Source: Promethearchaeota archaeon
GTDB lineage: Archaea > Asgardarchaeota > Heimdallarchaeia > Hodarchaeales > Hodarchaeaceae
Direction of reading: 5' to 3'
NCBI GenBank assembly: GCA_048938105.1
Contig: JBHLMN010000020.1
Coordinates: 46,627 to 110,626 of the forward strand
DNA length: 64,000 bases
Below are positions 10,136 through 20,063 of the stretch, in pieces (position 1 is the first letter of the stretch; each line of letters starts with the position of its first letter). The notes beneath the pieces are model-generated. The model was not told the origin of the DNA and searched no databases. It saw only the letters and a program-made list of their open reading frames with translations. Made by a program: the position numbers and the translations under genes.

Positions 10136-10996
10136 TTGGTGAATTTTTTGAAGGCGTTTATTTCAATTGATCTAGAGGGATTACCTTTTATTGTCATCCC
10201 AGGGCATTTAAGTCTAAAGGGAACATTATATTCTGAAGCTAGAAAAATCGCTACCAAAGTTGTTCTGATTGTTGCAGATGAGTTGAATAGGACTGGATTT
10301 GATAAAGTCATAATAGCTGATTCTCATGGCCCGATGGTTAACATTAAGGTTGATGATTTACCAGAGTACGTAGAAATCGTTAGAGGCATTCCTCGTCCCG
10401 TTAGTATGGTTTCAGGGGTAGAGGAATGTGATGTAGCTCTGTTTCTTGGTTATCATGCGAAATTTGGGACTGCAAAATCAACTTTCGATCACACTTATTC
10501 AGGAAGGAGTATTCATCGATTTGTTATCAATGGAATACCTGTTAGTGAATTTCTTCTCAATTCTTATGCTGCAGGTTTCTACGATGTCCCTGTTATTCTA
10601 GTTGCGGGGGATGCTCAACTTCTCGAAGATGATGCGGAAAAATTTACTCCATGGGTGGAAACTGTTGTTTTCAAAAAATCATTGAGTAGAGTTTCAGCAA
10701 AAAGTCCTAGTATGATTAAGATTGAAGCGGAGTTGAGAGAATCTGTTAATAAAGCAGTGATTAACTTCAAAGAAAACAATGTTCGGCCACTAAAGACTGA
10801 GGAACCAGTAAAAGCTAGAATTATCTTTAATGCGAGTCACTTTGCTGATGTTGCAGAACTATTACCTATTATTGATAGAACAGATGGATTAACTGTAGAA
10901 TACACAGCTAATAATATAATCGATGCTTATAAGATATTTCAATTGCTGGTTTTTGCTTCTTCTGGTGTTTCAGGCTTACTTGAATGGTTACAATAA
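10136..10996 (+). CDS. dppA: D-aminopeptidase, peptidase M55 family
   Basis: ISIDLEG, DSHG, GYHA, HTY, SEF, VAGD motifs. Confidence 0.92.
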   Translation: MVNFLKAFISIDLEGLPFIVIPGHLSLKGTLYSEARKIATKVVLIVADELNRTGFDKVIIADSHGPMVNIKVDDLPEYVEIVRGIPRPVSMVSGVEECDVALFLGYHAKFGTAKSTFDHTYSGRSIHRFVINGIPVSEFLLNSYAAGFYDVPVILVAGDAQLLEDDAEKFTPWVETVVFKKSLSRVSAKSPSMIKIEAELRESVNKAVINFKENNVRPLKTEEPVKARIIFNASHFADVAELLPIIDRTDGLTVEYTANNIIDAYKIFQLLVFASSGVSGLLEWLQ

Positions 10997-11766
10997 ATCG
11001 GATGAATAAAATGAATCACCGTGTTGCGATAGTTAGAGAGCCTGGCAAAAGTTTTCCTCGATGTGTAACATCCCATCCATTACAACATACAATAAACGTG
11101 GCTAATGCTAAGAAACAACATGCAATTTATTGTAACACGTTAAAAGAATTGGGCCTTGAGGTTATTTATTTGCCTATAGATGACACACATCCTGATTCAT
11201 GTTTTGTTGAGGACAATGCCGTTATTCACAATAAAAAAGCGTTGATCACCCGTATGGGGGTCGCGACTCGTCGTGGAGAAGAAGTAATAGTTGAGAAAGC
11301 TCTGAATGATTTTTTAGAAACAAAAAGAACTTTAGCTCCAGGCACGATTGAAGGAGGAGATGTCATTCATCTCCCAGATCGCTTGATTTGCGGAGTAACC
11401 CAGCGAACAAATCATGATGGCGTTAATCAAATGATTAAATGGCTTGATGTGTCAGTAGAAATATGGGTTGATCCCAATATTGTACATCTTAAAAGTAATT
11501 TTACATATTTAGGAAAAGACACTGTTATTGCCGCTAAAGCTTATACTAATCATCCATTACTAAATAAGATGAATATTCTTGTTGTAGAGTCTGATGAAAG
11601 TTATGCAGCTAATACTTTAACAATAAACAATAGCGTATTAATGCCTAAAGGGTTTCCTAACTCCCGAACAATGGTTACCGAGGCTGGTTTTGAAGTAATA
11701 CCTTTAGAAATGAGTGAGTTTCAAAAATGTGAAGGAGCATTAACATGTCTTTCACTGATCTTTTAA
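10984..11766 (+). CDS. Dimethylarginine dimethylaminohydrolase / amidinotransferase family
   Basis: PDSCFVED, RRGE, IEGGDV, RTN, HLKS, GALTCLS (catalytic Cys near C-terminus). Confidence 0.9.
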   Translation: MVTINRMNKMNHRVAIVREPGKSFPRCVTSHPLQHTINVANAKKQHAIYCNTLKELGLEVIYLPIDDTHPDSCFVEDNAVIHNKKALITRMGVATRRGEEVIVEKALNDFLETKRTLAPGTIEGGDVIHLPDRLICGVTQRTNHDGVNQMIKWLDVSVEIWVDPNIVHLKSNFTYLGKDTVIAAKAYTNHPLLNKMNILVVESDESYAANTLTINNSVLMPKGFPNSRTMVTEAGFEVIPLEMSEFQKCEGALTCLSLIF

Positions 11767-11788
11767 GCAAACAAACATTGGTTTTAAA

Positions 11789-12349
11789 ATGATCATTGGA
11801 AAAAATGTGACTTTAAGAGGTCTAGAATTAAGTGATGTTAATGAATTATTGCTATATTATAATAACAAACAGTTTATGAATTATTTTGGTCGAATAACCA
11901 TAATGTCACATGAAGAAGGCATAGAATGGATACGTAAAACCTGGGAAGAGAGAAAAAAGGGTGAAGCTTATACATTTGGAATAATTACAAATGATAACAC
12001 AAAATACATTGGTAATGTTCGTCTTAAAATCCTAAATAATGTAAGTAGAAGAGCTGATATAAGCATTGGAATCTTTAATCCAAAGTATCGAAATAAGGGT
12101 TTGGGAACAGAATCATTAGTTCTTCTTATTAATTTTGGTTTTGACACACTTAATTTACTTAGCATGGAATTAAGAGTTTTTTCAGACAACAACCGAGCTA
12201 TTGCTGTTTATAAGACGCTAGGTTTTCGCGAAATTGGACTTCGTAGGAAAGCTGACTTTGTCGAAGGTAAATTCTTAGATGATTTAATGATGGACTTGCT
12301 AATAGAAGAATGGCGACCTAAGAGAATCGAAGAAGTATCCAGTAGTTGA
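11789..12349 (+). CDS. GNAT N-acetyltransferase (RimJ/RimL/SpeG-like)
   Basis: YRNKGLGTE acetyl-CoA motif; N-x-RAI..Y..LGF..G. Confidence 0.9.
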   Translation: MIIGKNVTLRGLELSDVNELLLYYNNKQFMNYFGRITIMSHEEGIEWIRKTWEERKKGEAYTFGIITNDNTKYIGNVRLKILNNVSRRADISIGIFNPKYRNKGLGTESLVLLINFGFDTLNLLSMELRVFSDNNRAIAVYKTLGFREIGLRRKADFVEGKFLDDLMMDLLIEEWRPKRIEEVSSS

Positions 12350-12354
12350 TTATT

Positions 12355-13527
12355 TCACTGCTTCTTGATCGCTTCAGTAATCAATCTTTTTCTTTCGTTT
12401 AACAATTCTTTTTTAGTTTCTTCTACTTGTTGATTGAGAGCATTGAATTGATGGTTCACATCACTCAATTTATTTTCAAGCCACTGATTTGCCCTAGATG
12501 CGTCTTGTAATGCTTGACGAACAGATTCTCGTGATCTATGAATTTTATCTCGAGCAGCAAGATCTGAAAAAATATTATCCATGAATCCATCCCAAAAAAA
12601 TGACATTTCTTCAACATAAGCTTTGCTCAATGAAGATCTAATGTCTGGGTATTCGTGAATGGCTCGTTGGATGTTATTATGTGCATTATGAACACGATTG
12701 CGTGCATCGCTCATTCTAGAATGTTTAATGGAATCAGCGATGAGTCCCCCACCTAAGATATCCCAAGTCGAAAAACCTGATGCACTTCTAAGTGCTTCTA
12801 ATGCATAATTTAGATCTGCTATCGCATGCTCTAAATGATTTTTAGCACGAAATATTCGTGAGCGATTATCTGTGATCGGTCCTATCTGATTTTCAAGGTT
12901 TGTCAATCGTTGTTCTATAGCATCTTCTATGGGATCAACGACCCCATGGCACACATTATGAATTAATTCCTTCAATTCCGTTTCGAGTTTGGATTTTGTC
13001 TGAAAAAGATCTTCAAGTTGGTAGATTTGCTTTTCTGTCTGTGATATTAGAGATGTCAACTCTTGACATTCCCTAGCTGCGGCTTCTTCTTTATTGAGTA
13101 CATTTAGGTATTCTACTTTCTCCTTTTCCAGTTGTTGATCTTTAGTGCCTTTTATTCTAGCCATAAGTGATGTTGTGCTTAATTTTTCGAGCTTTTCTAC
13201 ATCTTTATACTCTTTCTTTCGTTGTTCTATTAGAGAATCCAACAATGCTTGTGTATTAACCAATGAATTGCTTAAATTCCTAAGATACGCTCGTTGTTGA
13301 TCAAGTTCATTTGGAATATTCTTTAAACCTTCGATTCGTTCTTCTAGTCCTTGATACCTTGTAATAGTATCAACATCTAAATCGATTAGCGGCTTTCCAA
13401 TTGTTTCCTTAGCTTTCTCAACAATTGAGGAAGTCCTTAGATTAAAACCACAATAAGAACAGAAAATATCGCCAATATCAACCATTTTCCCGCAATTAAG
13501 GCATTCAACCATCTTAAAACCAACCAA
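12355..13527 (-). CDS. Zinc-ribbon plus long coiled-coil protein of unknown function
   Basis: CLNCG...FCSYCG N-terminus; heptad-rich helices; WDILGGGLIADSIKH and FWDGFMDNIFSD segments. Confidence 0.7.
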   Translation of the reverse strand: MVGFKMVECLNCGKMVDIGDIFCSYCGFNLRTSSIVEKAKETIGKPLIDLDVDTITRYQGLEERIEGLKNIPNELDQQRAYLRNLSNSLVNTQALLDSLIEQRKKEYKDVEKLEKLSTTSLMARIKGTKDQQLEKEKVEYLNVLNKEEAAARECQELTSLISQTEKQIYQLEDLFQTKSKLETELKELIHNVCHGVVDPIEDAIEQRLTNLENQIGPITDNRSRIFRAKNHLEHAIADLNYALEALRSASGFSTWDILGGGLIADSIKHSRMSDARNRVHNAHNNIQRAIHEYPDIRSSLSKAYVEEMSFFWDGFMDNIFSDLAARDKIHRSRESVRQALQDASRANQWLENKLSDVNHQFNALNQQVEETKKELLNERKRLITEAIKKQ

Positions 13528-13642
13528 TTTCTATAAAAATCGATTATTTGAATGATAAAAGTTTAGAGTTACCTATAATATTTGTTTTTTTTTGATTTTG
13601 GTAGGATCAGAAAAAGAATATTGAATTGAGTTAAAAGAAAAG

Positions 13643-13843
13643 GTGGATAAACAAATGGATTTGAGAAATAATTCCACACGATTAGGCTTAATTTCAATAT
13701 TCCTGCTAGGATTTATGTTACTTATATTCTCACCTAAAATTTCACTGGCAAATGATGATCCATCTGGCATTAGTGTTGAATTTGGAGACGTTATTAGTCT
13801 TAATTATACTCTTTGGGTAGAAAACATCATGACTGATTTTTAA
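13643..13843 (+). pseudogene. Truncated secreted FKBP-type PPIase-like fragment
   Basis: Signal peptide followed by VEFGDVISLNYTLWVE (first FKBP strand), then a stop; only ~60 bp remain before the convergent xth gene. Confidence 0.5.
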
Positions 13844-13906
13844 GAATTACAAAAATATGAATAATATGATTCTAAAGATTAAAAATGAAACTCCTTAAAA
13901 GACTCC

Positions 13907-14665
13907 TTATCCATCTATTATTATTCCAATTGGCGCATGATCCGATCCCATCACATCTTTTAATATAAATGCGGATTTTAACAGTTCTCGAAATTCCTTA
14001 TTTATGATAAAATAATCAATTCGCCACCCAATGTTTCTAGATCTAGCATTGTATCGATAAGTCCACCAAGTATATTGTTCGGGAGACTGATTAAATTCTC
14101 TAAATGTATCAATATAACCATGTTCCAGTAATTCAGTGAAAAAAGCCCGTTCCTGAGGTGAAAATCCTGCATTATTTTGATTTTCTTTAGGATTCGTGAG
14201 ATCAATCTCTTTATGAGCAACATTAAAATCTCCACAGACAATTAAAGCTTTCTTTTTTCTAAGATTTTCAAGATATTTTAACACTGCTTGATTAAATCGT
14301 AATTTAAAATCAATTCGTTTTAACTCCCGTTGAGCATTTGGAAAATACATATTTATTAAGTAGAATCTCTCATATTCTAATTGCAGAAATCTACCCTCAT
14401 CATCAAATTTCTTGTTTCCAAGTTCTTTAGATATTGAAAGTGGTTTCTGTTTAGAAAATGTTGCTACTCCACTATACCCTTTCTTTTTTGCTGAACTCCA
14501 ATAGATATTATATTCAGGAATATCAAAGGAAAAAGAAATTTGATTTGGTTGAGCTTTGGTTTCTTGAATGCATAGGATATCAGGATTTCTTTGTTTTATC
14601 CATTCTATGAATCCTTTGTTGATACAAGCTCTGATTCCATTAACATTCCATGAAAGAAGTTCCAT
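13907..14665 (-). CDS. xth: Exodeoxyribonuclease III (AP endonuclease)
   Basis: SWNVNGIRA, CIQETK, GYSGVA, EGR, CGDFNVAH, GWRIDY, GSDHAP. Confidence 0.97.
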   Translation of the reverse strand: MELLSWNVNGIRACINKGFIEWIKQRNPDILCIQETKAQPNQISFSFDIPEYNIYWSSAKKKGYSGVATFSKQKPLSISKELGNKKFDDEGRFLQLEYERFYLINMYFPNAQRELKRIDFKLRFNQAVLKYLENLRKKKALIVCGDFNVAHKEIDLTNPKENQNNAGFSPQERAFFTELLEHGYIDTFREFNQSPEQYTWWTYRYNARSRNIGWRIDYFIINKEFRELLKSAFILKDVMGSDHAPIGIIIDG

Positions 14666-14712
14666 ATTTTAATTTCGTCCCTTATTTATTATTGAGACTT
14701 GATTTATTAAAT

Positions 14713-16521
14713 TTAGAGATCTCGATAGAAGTCTTTGAAAAATGAATGAACATATCTATAAATGATTAAAATCATAACTAGAAACTCTATCCCGAGAACT
14801 ACCCAAGCGTGAATGGATGGAAGTATTGGATCAGCAATTAGGAATGAATAGGCTAAGGTGAAGCCAAAAAGCACAGCTAAGGGGGCTGCATATAGCAGCA
14901 GAATGATGTTTACCCATAAAATGACCCTCTTCAAAGTTTTCGGATTTGCGCCTAAGAGTTGAAGAATTCTTAGGTCTTTGATAAGTATAACTCTAGCTAT
15001 CAATCCTGAATAAGCAACTAGAGAAAGTCCTGCAGAGATCATCGCTGGAATAAAGGCCGTTGTCGATATTACCCAAAAAGAATTACTGAAGGTAAAATAT
15101 TTTTCTTTGTAGATATCTAAGAAAAAATATGTTAATGAAGATTCTTCAACTAGATTGATCATTTTTTCATCTGGTTTTTCAATGAATACCACATTCTTAA
15201 CGGTTTTATCCTGAAGGTCTTTCATTTCAGCCAATTTGGTAGAATCCATATAGACACAATGTCCGCGAGCAAATGGATCCATGATCACTCCCTCAATATT
15301 GAAACGATTTGTAATGAACTCACCTTTCGGAATGAAAGCTGCTACTATTTCTTGATTTAGATAAGATTGAAGCATCCCATCACCTATTTGAGCATTCTTT
15401 TCTCTTGGAGGAGTGATATAGGCGCCATAATAGTCAAATATCGAGAATGTGGACTCACTAATTCCCCAATAATAAGTTTCCATTGTTTTATTTCCCCCTC
15501 CAAGTATTGTTCCGTTTGGTAGAGTTTTAATGTCAGTTATCATTCTGATTGTACCTTTTAATAATAGTCTGGCCTCGAATGTACAATTTTCTGGTAATTT
15601 TTCAACAAACGAAGGTGGAATAAAATAGCTAGAATCAATAAATGAAAATTGAAGTTCATTAGAGGGATCATAGAGTTCACGCAATATTGGTTCTAGCTCA
15701 GGTGGGGTAACAACACAAATATTTGTGCCATAACCTCGTTCAATATATGAATTCGTTGTGTTATTGATTATATTCCCCCCCAGAACTCCGAATGTGGTCA
15801 GAAATATAAGCATAAAAGTTCCTCCAATCATTACCCATGATAAAACTTTGGATCTTTTATTGAAGAGATAAGCTAGTCGAAAACCGATTTTTCCTCGCAT
15901 TGACATCCCCCAAATCTTGTCTTGATCAACATCTATAACTTCAAACTGACCATCAATTATTTCACTGAATTTCTTTCTAATGAGTAGGTTGACAATGAAT
16001 CCAGCAGCAAAATACGTACCAATGATTTGACAGCCAATATAAAGAAAGCCAAAAGATAAATTCAAAGTTTCTACAATATTCACTGCTTCAAGTCTTAATA
16101 TGACTGTTAAAATGGAAAGTCCAACGATACCTCCAATCCATCCTACTAATCCAGCAATGAGCGTCATTATGAAGATTTGAGCCAAAGGGATCCTCTGAAT
16201 TCGTTTGAATGTTCCACCTAATGCAAGTAAAATAGCCAAGTCATCCATTCTAGCTACAGTAAGTAAACTACTTAAAATGGCAGCGATTATCACACTGGTC
16301 ACTACTGCAAAAGCCAATAGAAAATTAAGATAACCGTGGAAGATTTGGATGATCGAATTGTTAAAATATGCTTGCGATTTTCCTATTTGAGCTTGGATAA
16401 CAACAGCTAGACCATACATAATCATTCCTGAAGCAGTTATGCAAGACTGTACAGTAATGAATAGTAAAGATCTTTGCTTTTGTCTCCAAATGTCTTTTAG
16501 AGCAAGATTAAGACTACCCAT
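14713..16521 (-). CDS. FtsX/LolE-like ABC permease (two FtsX modules)
   Basis: LAILLALGG and LRILQLLGA motifs; multiple TM segments; adjacent to LolD-like ATPase. Confidence 0.75.
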   Translation of the reverse strand: MGSLNLALKDIWRQKQRSLLFITVQSCITASGMIMYGLAVVIQAQIGKSQAYFNNSIIQIFHGYLNFLLAFAVVTSVIIAAILSSLLTVARMDDLAILLALGGTFKRIQRIPLAQIFIMTLIAGLVGWIGGIVGLSILTVILRLEAVNIVETLNLSFGFLYIGCQIIGTYFAAGFIVNLLIRKKFSEIIDGQFEVIDVDQDKIWGMSMRGKIGFRLAYLFNKRSKVLSWVMIGGTFMLIFLTTFGVLGGNIINNTTNSYIERGYGTNICVVTPPELEPILRELYDPSNELQFSFIDSSYFIPPSFVEKLPENCTFEARLLLKGTIRMITDIKTLPNGTILGGGNKTMETYYWGISESTFSIFDYYGAYITPPREKNAQIGDGMLQSYLNQEIVAAFIPKGEFITNRFNIEGVIMDPFARGHCVYMDSTKLAEMKDLQDKTVKNVVFIEKPDEKMINLVEESSLTYFFLDIYKEKYFTFSNSFWVISTTAFIPAMISAGLSLVAYSGLIARVILIKDLRILQLLGANPKTLKRVILWVNIILLLYAAPLAVLFGFTLAYSFLIADPILPSIHAWVVLGIEFLVMILIIYRYVHSFFKDFYRDL

Positions 16522-16527
16522 TTTGCC

Positions 16528-17238
16528 TCAATCCGCTTCATAAGGAACTAATTTTCCATTAATGGGAGTATAAATTTTATCCGCTAAAGGAAAAAGTTTT
16601 CTTTCGTGCGTAACTACTATGAGGTTTTTTTGTCCTTTTAAGTTGGTTAATTTGTTAATAATGATGTTTGTAGTCTGTGTATCTTGATTCGAAGTTGGTT
16701 CATCAATAAGTAATAAGTCAGGATCCAAGACCAATGCTCGGATAAATGCTGTTCTCTGATACTCCCCTCCCGATATCATAACTGGTAGTGAATTGGCTCT
16801 TTCATCGAGTTTAAATTCTTCCAGAAGCTTCCAAGCTCTCTCATTATACTCTCCATCTAAATCTTTTTTTTCTGCAAGTTCAACTGGTAACATTACATTC
16901 TCTAGTACTGTCAATGATTCTATTAAATGACCCGTTTGAAAAACAAAACCAACGTACACAGATCTAAAAAGTGCTAGCGCTTCTTCTTCCATTGTATTTA
17001 AATTATGATTCAAAACTTCGATGTTTCCCTCGTCTACTCGAGTCAATCCCCCAATAACTGATAAAAATGTTGATTTTCCTGATCCTGAGGGCCCAGAAAT
17101 TATTGTAAATTCATTCTCATAACATTGAAAGTCTAATTCATCCAGAATAGTGATCTTTGTTTTGCCAATCGTAAAGACTTTTGTTACATTAGAAACTTGA
17201 ATTGCAATCAGGTTTGTATTATTTGAGGTGATAGCCAT
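16528..17238 (-). CDS. ABC transporter ATP-binding protein (LolD/MacB-type)
   Basis: GPSGSGKST, GFVFQ, ISGGEYQR, LLIDEPT, VVTH. Confidence 0.93.
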   Translation of the reverse strand: MAITSNNTNLIAIQVSNVTKVFTIGKTKITILDELDFQCYENEFTIISGPSGSGKSTFLSVIGGLTRVDEGNIEVLNHNLNTMEEEALALFRSVYVGFVFQTGHLIESLTVLENVMLPVELAEKKDLDGEYNERAWKLLEEFKLDERANSLPVMISGGEYQRTAFIRALVLDPDLLLIDEPTSNQDTQTTNIIINKLTNLKGQKNLIVVTHERKLFPLADKIYTPINGKLVPYEAD

Positions 17239-17281
17239 TGCAATCTCTCATGAATTAGATTCCTTTTTAAGAATATTTTAT

Positions 17282-17333
17282 TAATTGTGGTACAATTATT
17301 CTACTAAATTTAATTTTTTTATTCTAGTACAAT
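17282..17333. promoter_or_regulatory. Palindromic operator TAATTGT-GGT-ACAATTA plus a degenerate second copy
   Basis: Perfect 7-3-7 inverted repeat at 17282-17298; ATTCT-AGT-ACAAT at 17321-17333; lies between the ABC operon and the divergent wHTH gene. Confidence 0.5.
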
Positions 17334-17395
17334 CTTTTGACTGCACAATAGAAAAAAATTATAACATTAGGAATTTAATTACGAATTGACAAGCA

Positions 17396-18292
17396 GTGAG
17401 TGTGATTCCTTCGAAAAAATCCCAGATAAAAGTAATTTATGTTTTTCTGGTTTTAATGCTGTTTTTCCATTCAATTCAAGTTCTTTCTTTTAGAGATCCT
17501 CTCTCTCAAAATGGAGATGAAAATACTCCCTCTTGTAATACTGGTTCTGAGGTAGACATTCTGATCTTTATGATGGGGAGAGAAATTAATTATGGTACTA
17601 GTAGTTGTATAGCTATTTCTCTTGAATCAATTTTGAATAATCAGATAACTAAACCAGATAATTATCTAATGACTTTTCATGAGTTACAATCATCAGTTAA
17701 AGCCCAACTTTCTCAAATAACATCATTTCTTTTAATAAGTGGAGAATTATTTGGATTAAAAGACCCAGTTCATGGTTTTCTATTAGTAATCGGTATAATA
17801 TCAAGTGATATGCAAAAATATCAAGAAACAAAGAAGGAATCAATAAGAAACAGAAATCGTTACAATATCAAAAGAACGATTAATGAGAGTCCAGGTATCA
17901 GGCTTCGAGAAATCCAGCGAATCACCAATCTCGCCATGGGAGTAATTCAATATCATATCCGTTATCTTGAATCTGGAGAAATTGAATCGTTTAGATTAGG
18001 TAAGTGTAAACATTTCTTTGTAAGTGATGCTAAGTTTTCTCAGGAACAAAAAGTCTGGTTTTCTCTCAATAGGAATCAGAATATCAGAAAAATTCTGGAA
18101 TTTTTGGAGACCCCTACTGGCCAATGTTCTCAGAAAGATCTTTCTCAATTTACAGGGAATAGCAAATCTCTCATTTCATATTATGTTAAAATTCTCCGAT
18201 TTAACGGTATCATTGAAGTGAAAAATCATCAAATACAAATCTCTGAAGATTATATTGGAATAAATCATAAATTATTTCGGGAGAAAATATGA
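17396..18292 (+). CDS. Membrane/secretion-signal-bearing double winged-HTH transcriptional regulator
   Basis: Hydrophobic N-terminus; RYNIKRTINESPGIRLREIQR...GVIQYHI and SQKDLSQFTGNSKSLISYYV HTHs. Confidence 0.8.
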   Translation: MSVIPSKKSQIKVIYVFLVLMLFFHSIQVLSFRDPLSQNGDENTPSCNTGSEVDILIFMMGREINYGTSSCIAISLESILNNQITKPDNYLMTFHELQSSVKAQLSQITSFLLISGELFGLKDPVHGFLLVIGIISSDMQKYQETKKESIRNRNRYNIKRTINESPGIRLREIQRITNLAMGVIQYHIRYLESGEIESFRLGKCKHFFVSDAKFSQEQKVWFSLNRNQNIRKILEFLETPTGQCSQKDLSQFTGNSKSLISYYVKILRFNGIIEVKNHQIQISEDYIGINHKLFREKI

Positions 18293-18468
18293 TTTTATCT
18301 TTCGAGAATTTCTAGCTATATCACGATTTCTTTACATTTTATCCAAAACCATTCTATTAGTTTCTCCCACAAAGTATTTTCTTAGAGAAAGTTTAGTCTG
18401 GCTTTAATAGTTGTATTGAACAAGCTTATTTTATAATAAAAACTATTGAGACTTTTCATTATTCATTC

Positions 18469-19194
18469 TTGGTGAAAAAAGTAATGCAAATTGTGAAGAA
18501 GGAAGAAGCTTGGATTGAAGAACACCCACCACAAAAAATCTATCCTGAAACATATACAATTCGCAATGTTTGGACAGCTAATGTGGATTTGTTAAAAAAT
18601 CTTTTGACTAATCCCAAACGTGCAATGGAATTCCCATTCTGGATTTATCTGACTTTATTCCTTTCGACTCTGACAATTTTCTCGACCTTTCATTCCACCT
18701 TAGTGATCTTAACCTCAAAATTTGCATCTTATGAATTCATTACGTTCACAACTGGTTTGATTCGAATTTTTAGCGCTACAATTATAGCTATTCTAATAGC
18801 AATTCCTGGGGTTGTTCTATTATGGGTGGTTACTCCTCAGATTTCATTTGTGTCGACATTCAAACGATTTCTATTCTATTACGAGACTGTGATTCTTTTT
18901 TCATTATTAGGAGAGATATTCTTCTGTAAATTCATTATCGATAGTTCAATGAAAATCCAACCTCTTGTTATCATTCTAGCTGGAGCCTTAGCCATCAATA
19001 GTCTACAGAAAGGTCTCGAAAATGAACCCAATATTCAGTTAACTCGCTTTTTAATCATAGGAATCTTATTGTTTAGCTATTTACAAGCATTTCTAATTGT
19101 GGATGAACTAATACCTTATTATTTACAAGATAACATTGACAGTCCAATTACCATTATCATTAAGAAGATTTTTGAATTACTTTTTCAGAGTTGA
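18469..19194 (+). CDS. Multi-pass membrane protein (possibly Yip1-like)
   Basis: LLTNPKRAM motif followed by about 5 TM helices. Confidence 0.55.
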   Translation: MVKKVMQIVKKEEAWIEEHPPQKIYPETYTIRNVWTANVDLLKNLLTNPKRAMEFPFWIYLTLFLSTLTIFSTFHSTLVILTSKFASYEFITFTTGLIRIFSATIIAILIAIPGVVLLWVVTPQISFVSTFKRFLFYYETVILFSLLGEIFFCKFIIDSSMKIQPLVIILAGALAINSLQKGLENEPNIQLTRFLIIGILLFSYLQAFLIVDELIPYYLQDNIDSPITIIIKKIFELLFQS

Positions 19195-19223
19195 ACGATT
19201 TCTGTGCTAAAAAGAAAATAAAA

Positions 19224-20030
19224 TTAGTCTATTTTAAAACCACAATCTTCTAGGAGTGTGATAAATGGTTTCTCCCCCCAGCGGCCTTGTACCATTTTTC
19301 GACTAATATGTTCTGACCAAGAGTATATATCATAATCGATTTTGTCGTCTCCTAATTCCTTTTTTAATGGTATCTTTGCCTTCTGTTTGATATAATATCC
19401 TTGCTCAAAATAACCCTTATCCATCTTTTCCATACATTCTTGAACTTCTTCTTCTGTTAGATCTTTATACTGGTCTTCAAATGCTATGTATTTCAATGGA
19501 TATCGAGGTCTAATATCCATCAAGGCTGATGGGTCAGGATAACCAATACATAACCCTATTATTGGAAAAACTCTTGGAGGAACATTAAATAGCTCATTTA
19601 TTTGTTTCCACTGATTAGGAACCGCTCCTAATAATACTGAGCCAAGACCAAGTGCTTCAGCAGTTAAAATTATATTCTCTACGACTAACGTGGCATCTTG
19701 TATTGCTAACCAAATTAGGTTTATATCATCATAGTCATATGTGTATCCCCTTTGATTAATGATTTTCTCGATCTTTCTAGCGTCCACGAAGAAGAACATC
19801 AATAATTTTGTAGTCGGATACACCCCACACCGAATGTTTTTCTCTTTAATTATCTCAGGATTCCTAGTATAAATTATACTGTATAATTGGGCTGCAAATG
19901 GTGCTCTAACCCCTGCTTTAAGGAGAGTCTCAAGAACTTCGTCCGAAATTGCTTTATCGGTGAATTTTCTTATTGAACGACGATTGTGAATAATTTTAAA
20001 TATATCTTGAGTGCTATTCAGTCCATTCAA
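19224..20030 (-). CDS. Nitroreductase family flavoprotein
   Basis: RRSIRKFT, AEALGLGSV, GLCIGYP, RPR. Confidence 0.9.
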   Translation of the reverse strand: MNGLNSTQDIFKIIHNRRSIRKFTDKAISDEVLETLLKAGVRAPFAAQLYSIIYTRNPEIIKEKNIRCGVYPTTKLLMFFFVDARKIEKIINQRGYTYDYDDINLIWLAIQDATLVVENIILTAEALGLGSVLLGAVPNQWKQINELFNVPPRVFPIIGLCIGYPDPSALMDIRPRYPLKYIAFEDQYKDLTEEEVQECMEKMDKGYFEQGYYIKQKAKIPLKKELGDDKIDYDIYSWSEHISRKMVQGRWGEKPFITLLEDCGFKID

Positions 20031-20063
20031 TTTATCATCAACTCTAATACGTTATTTAGATAG

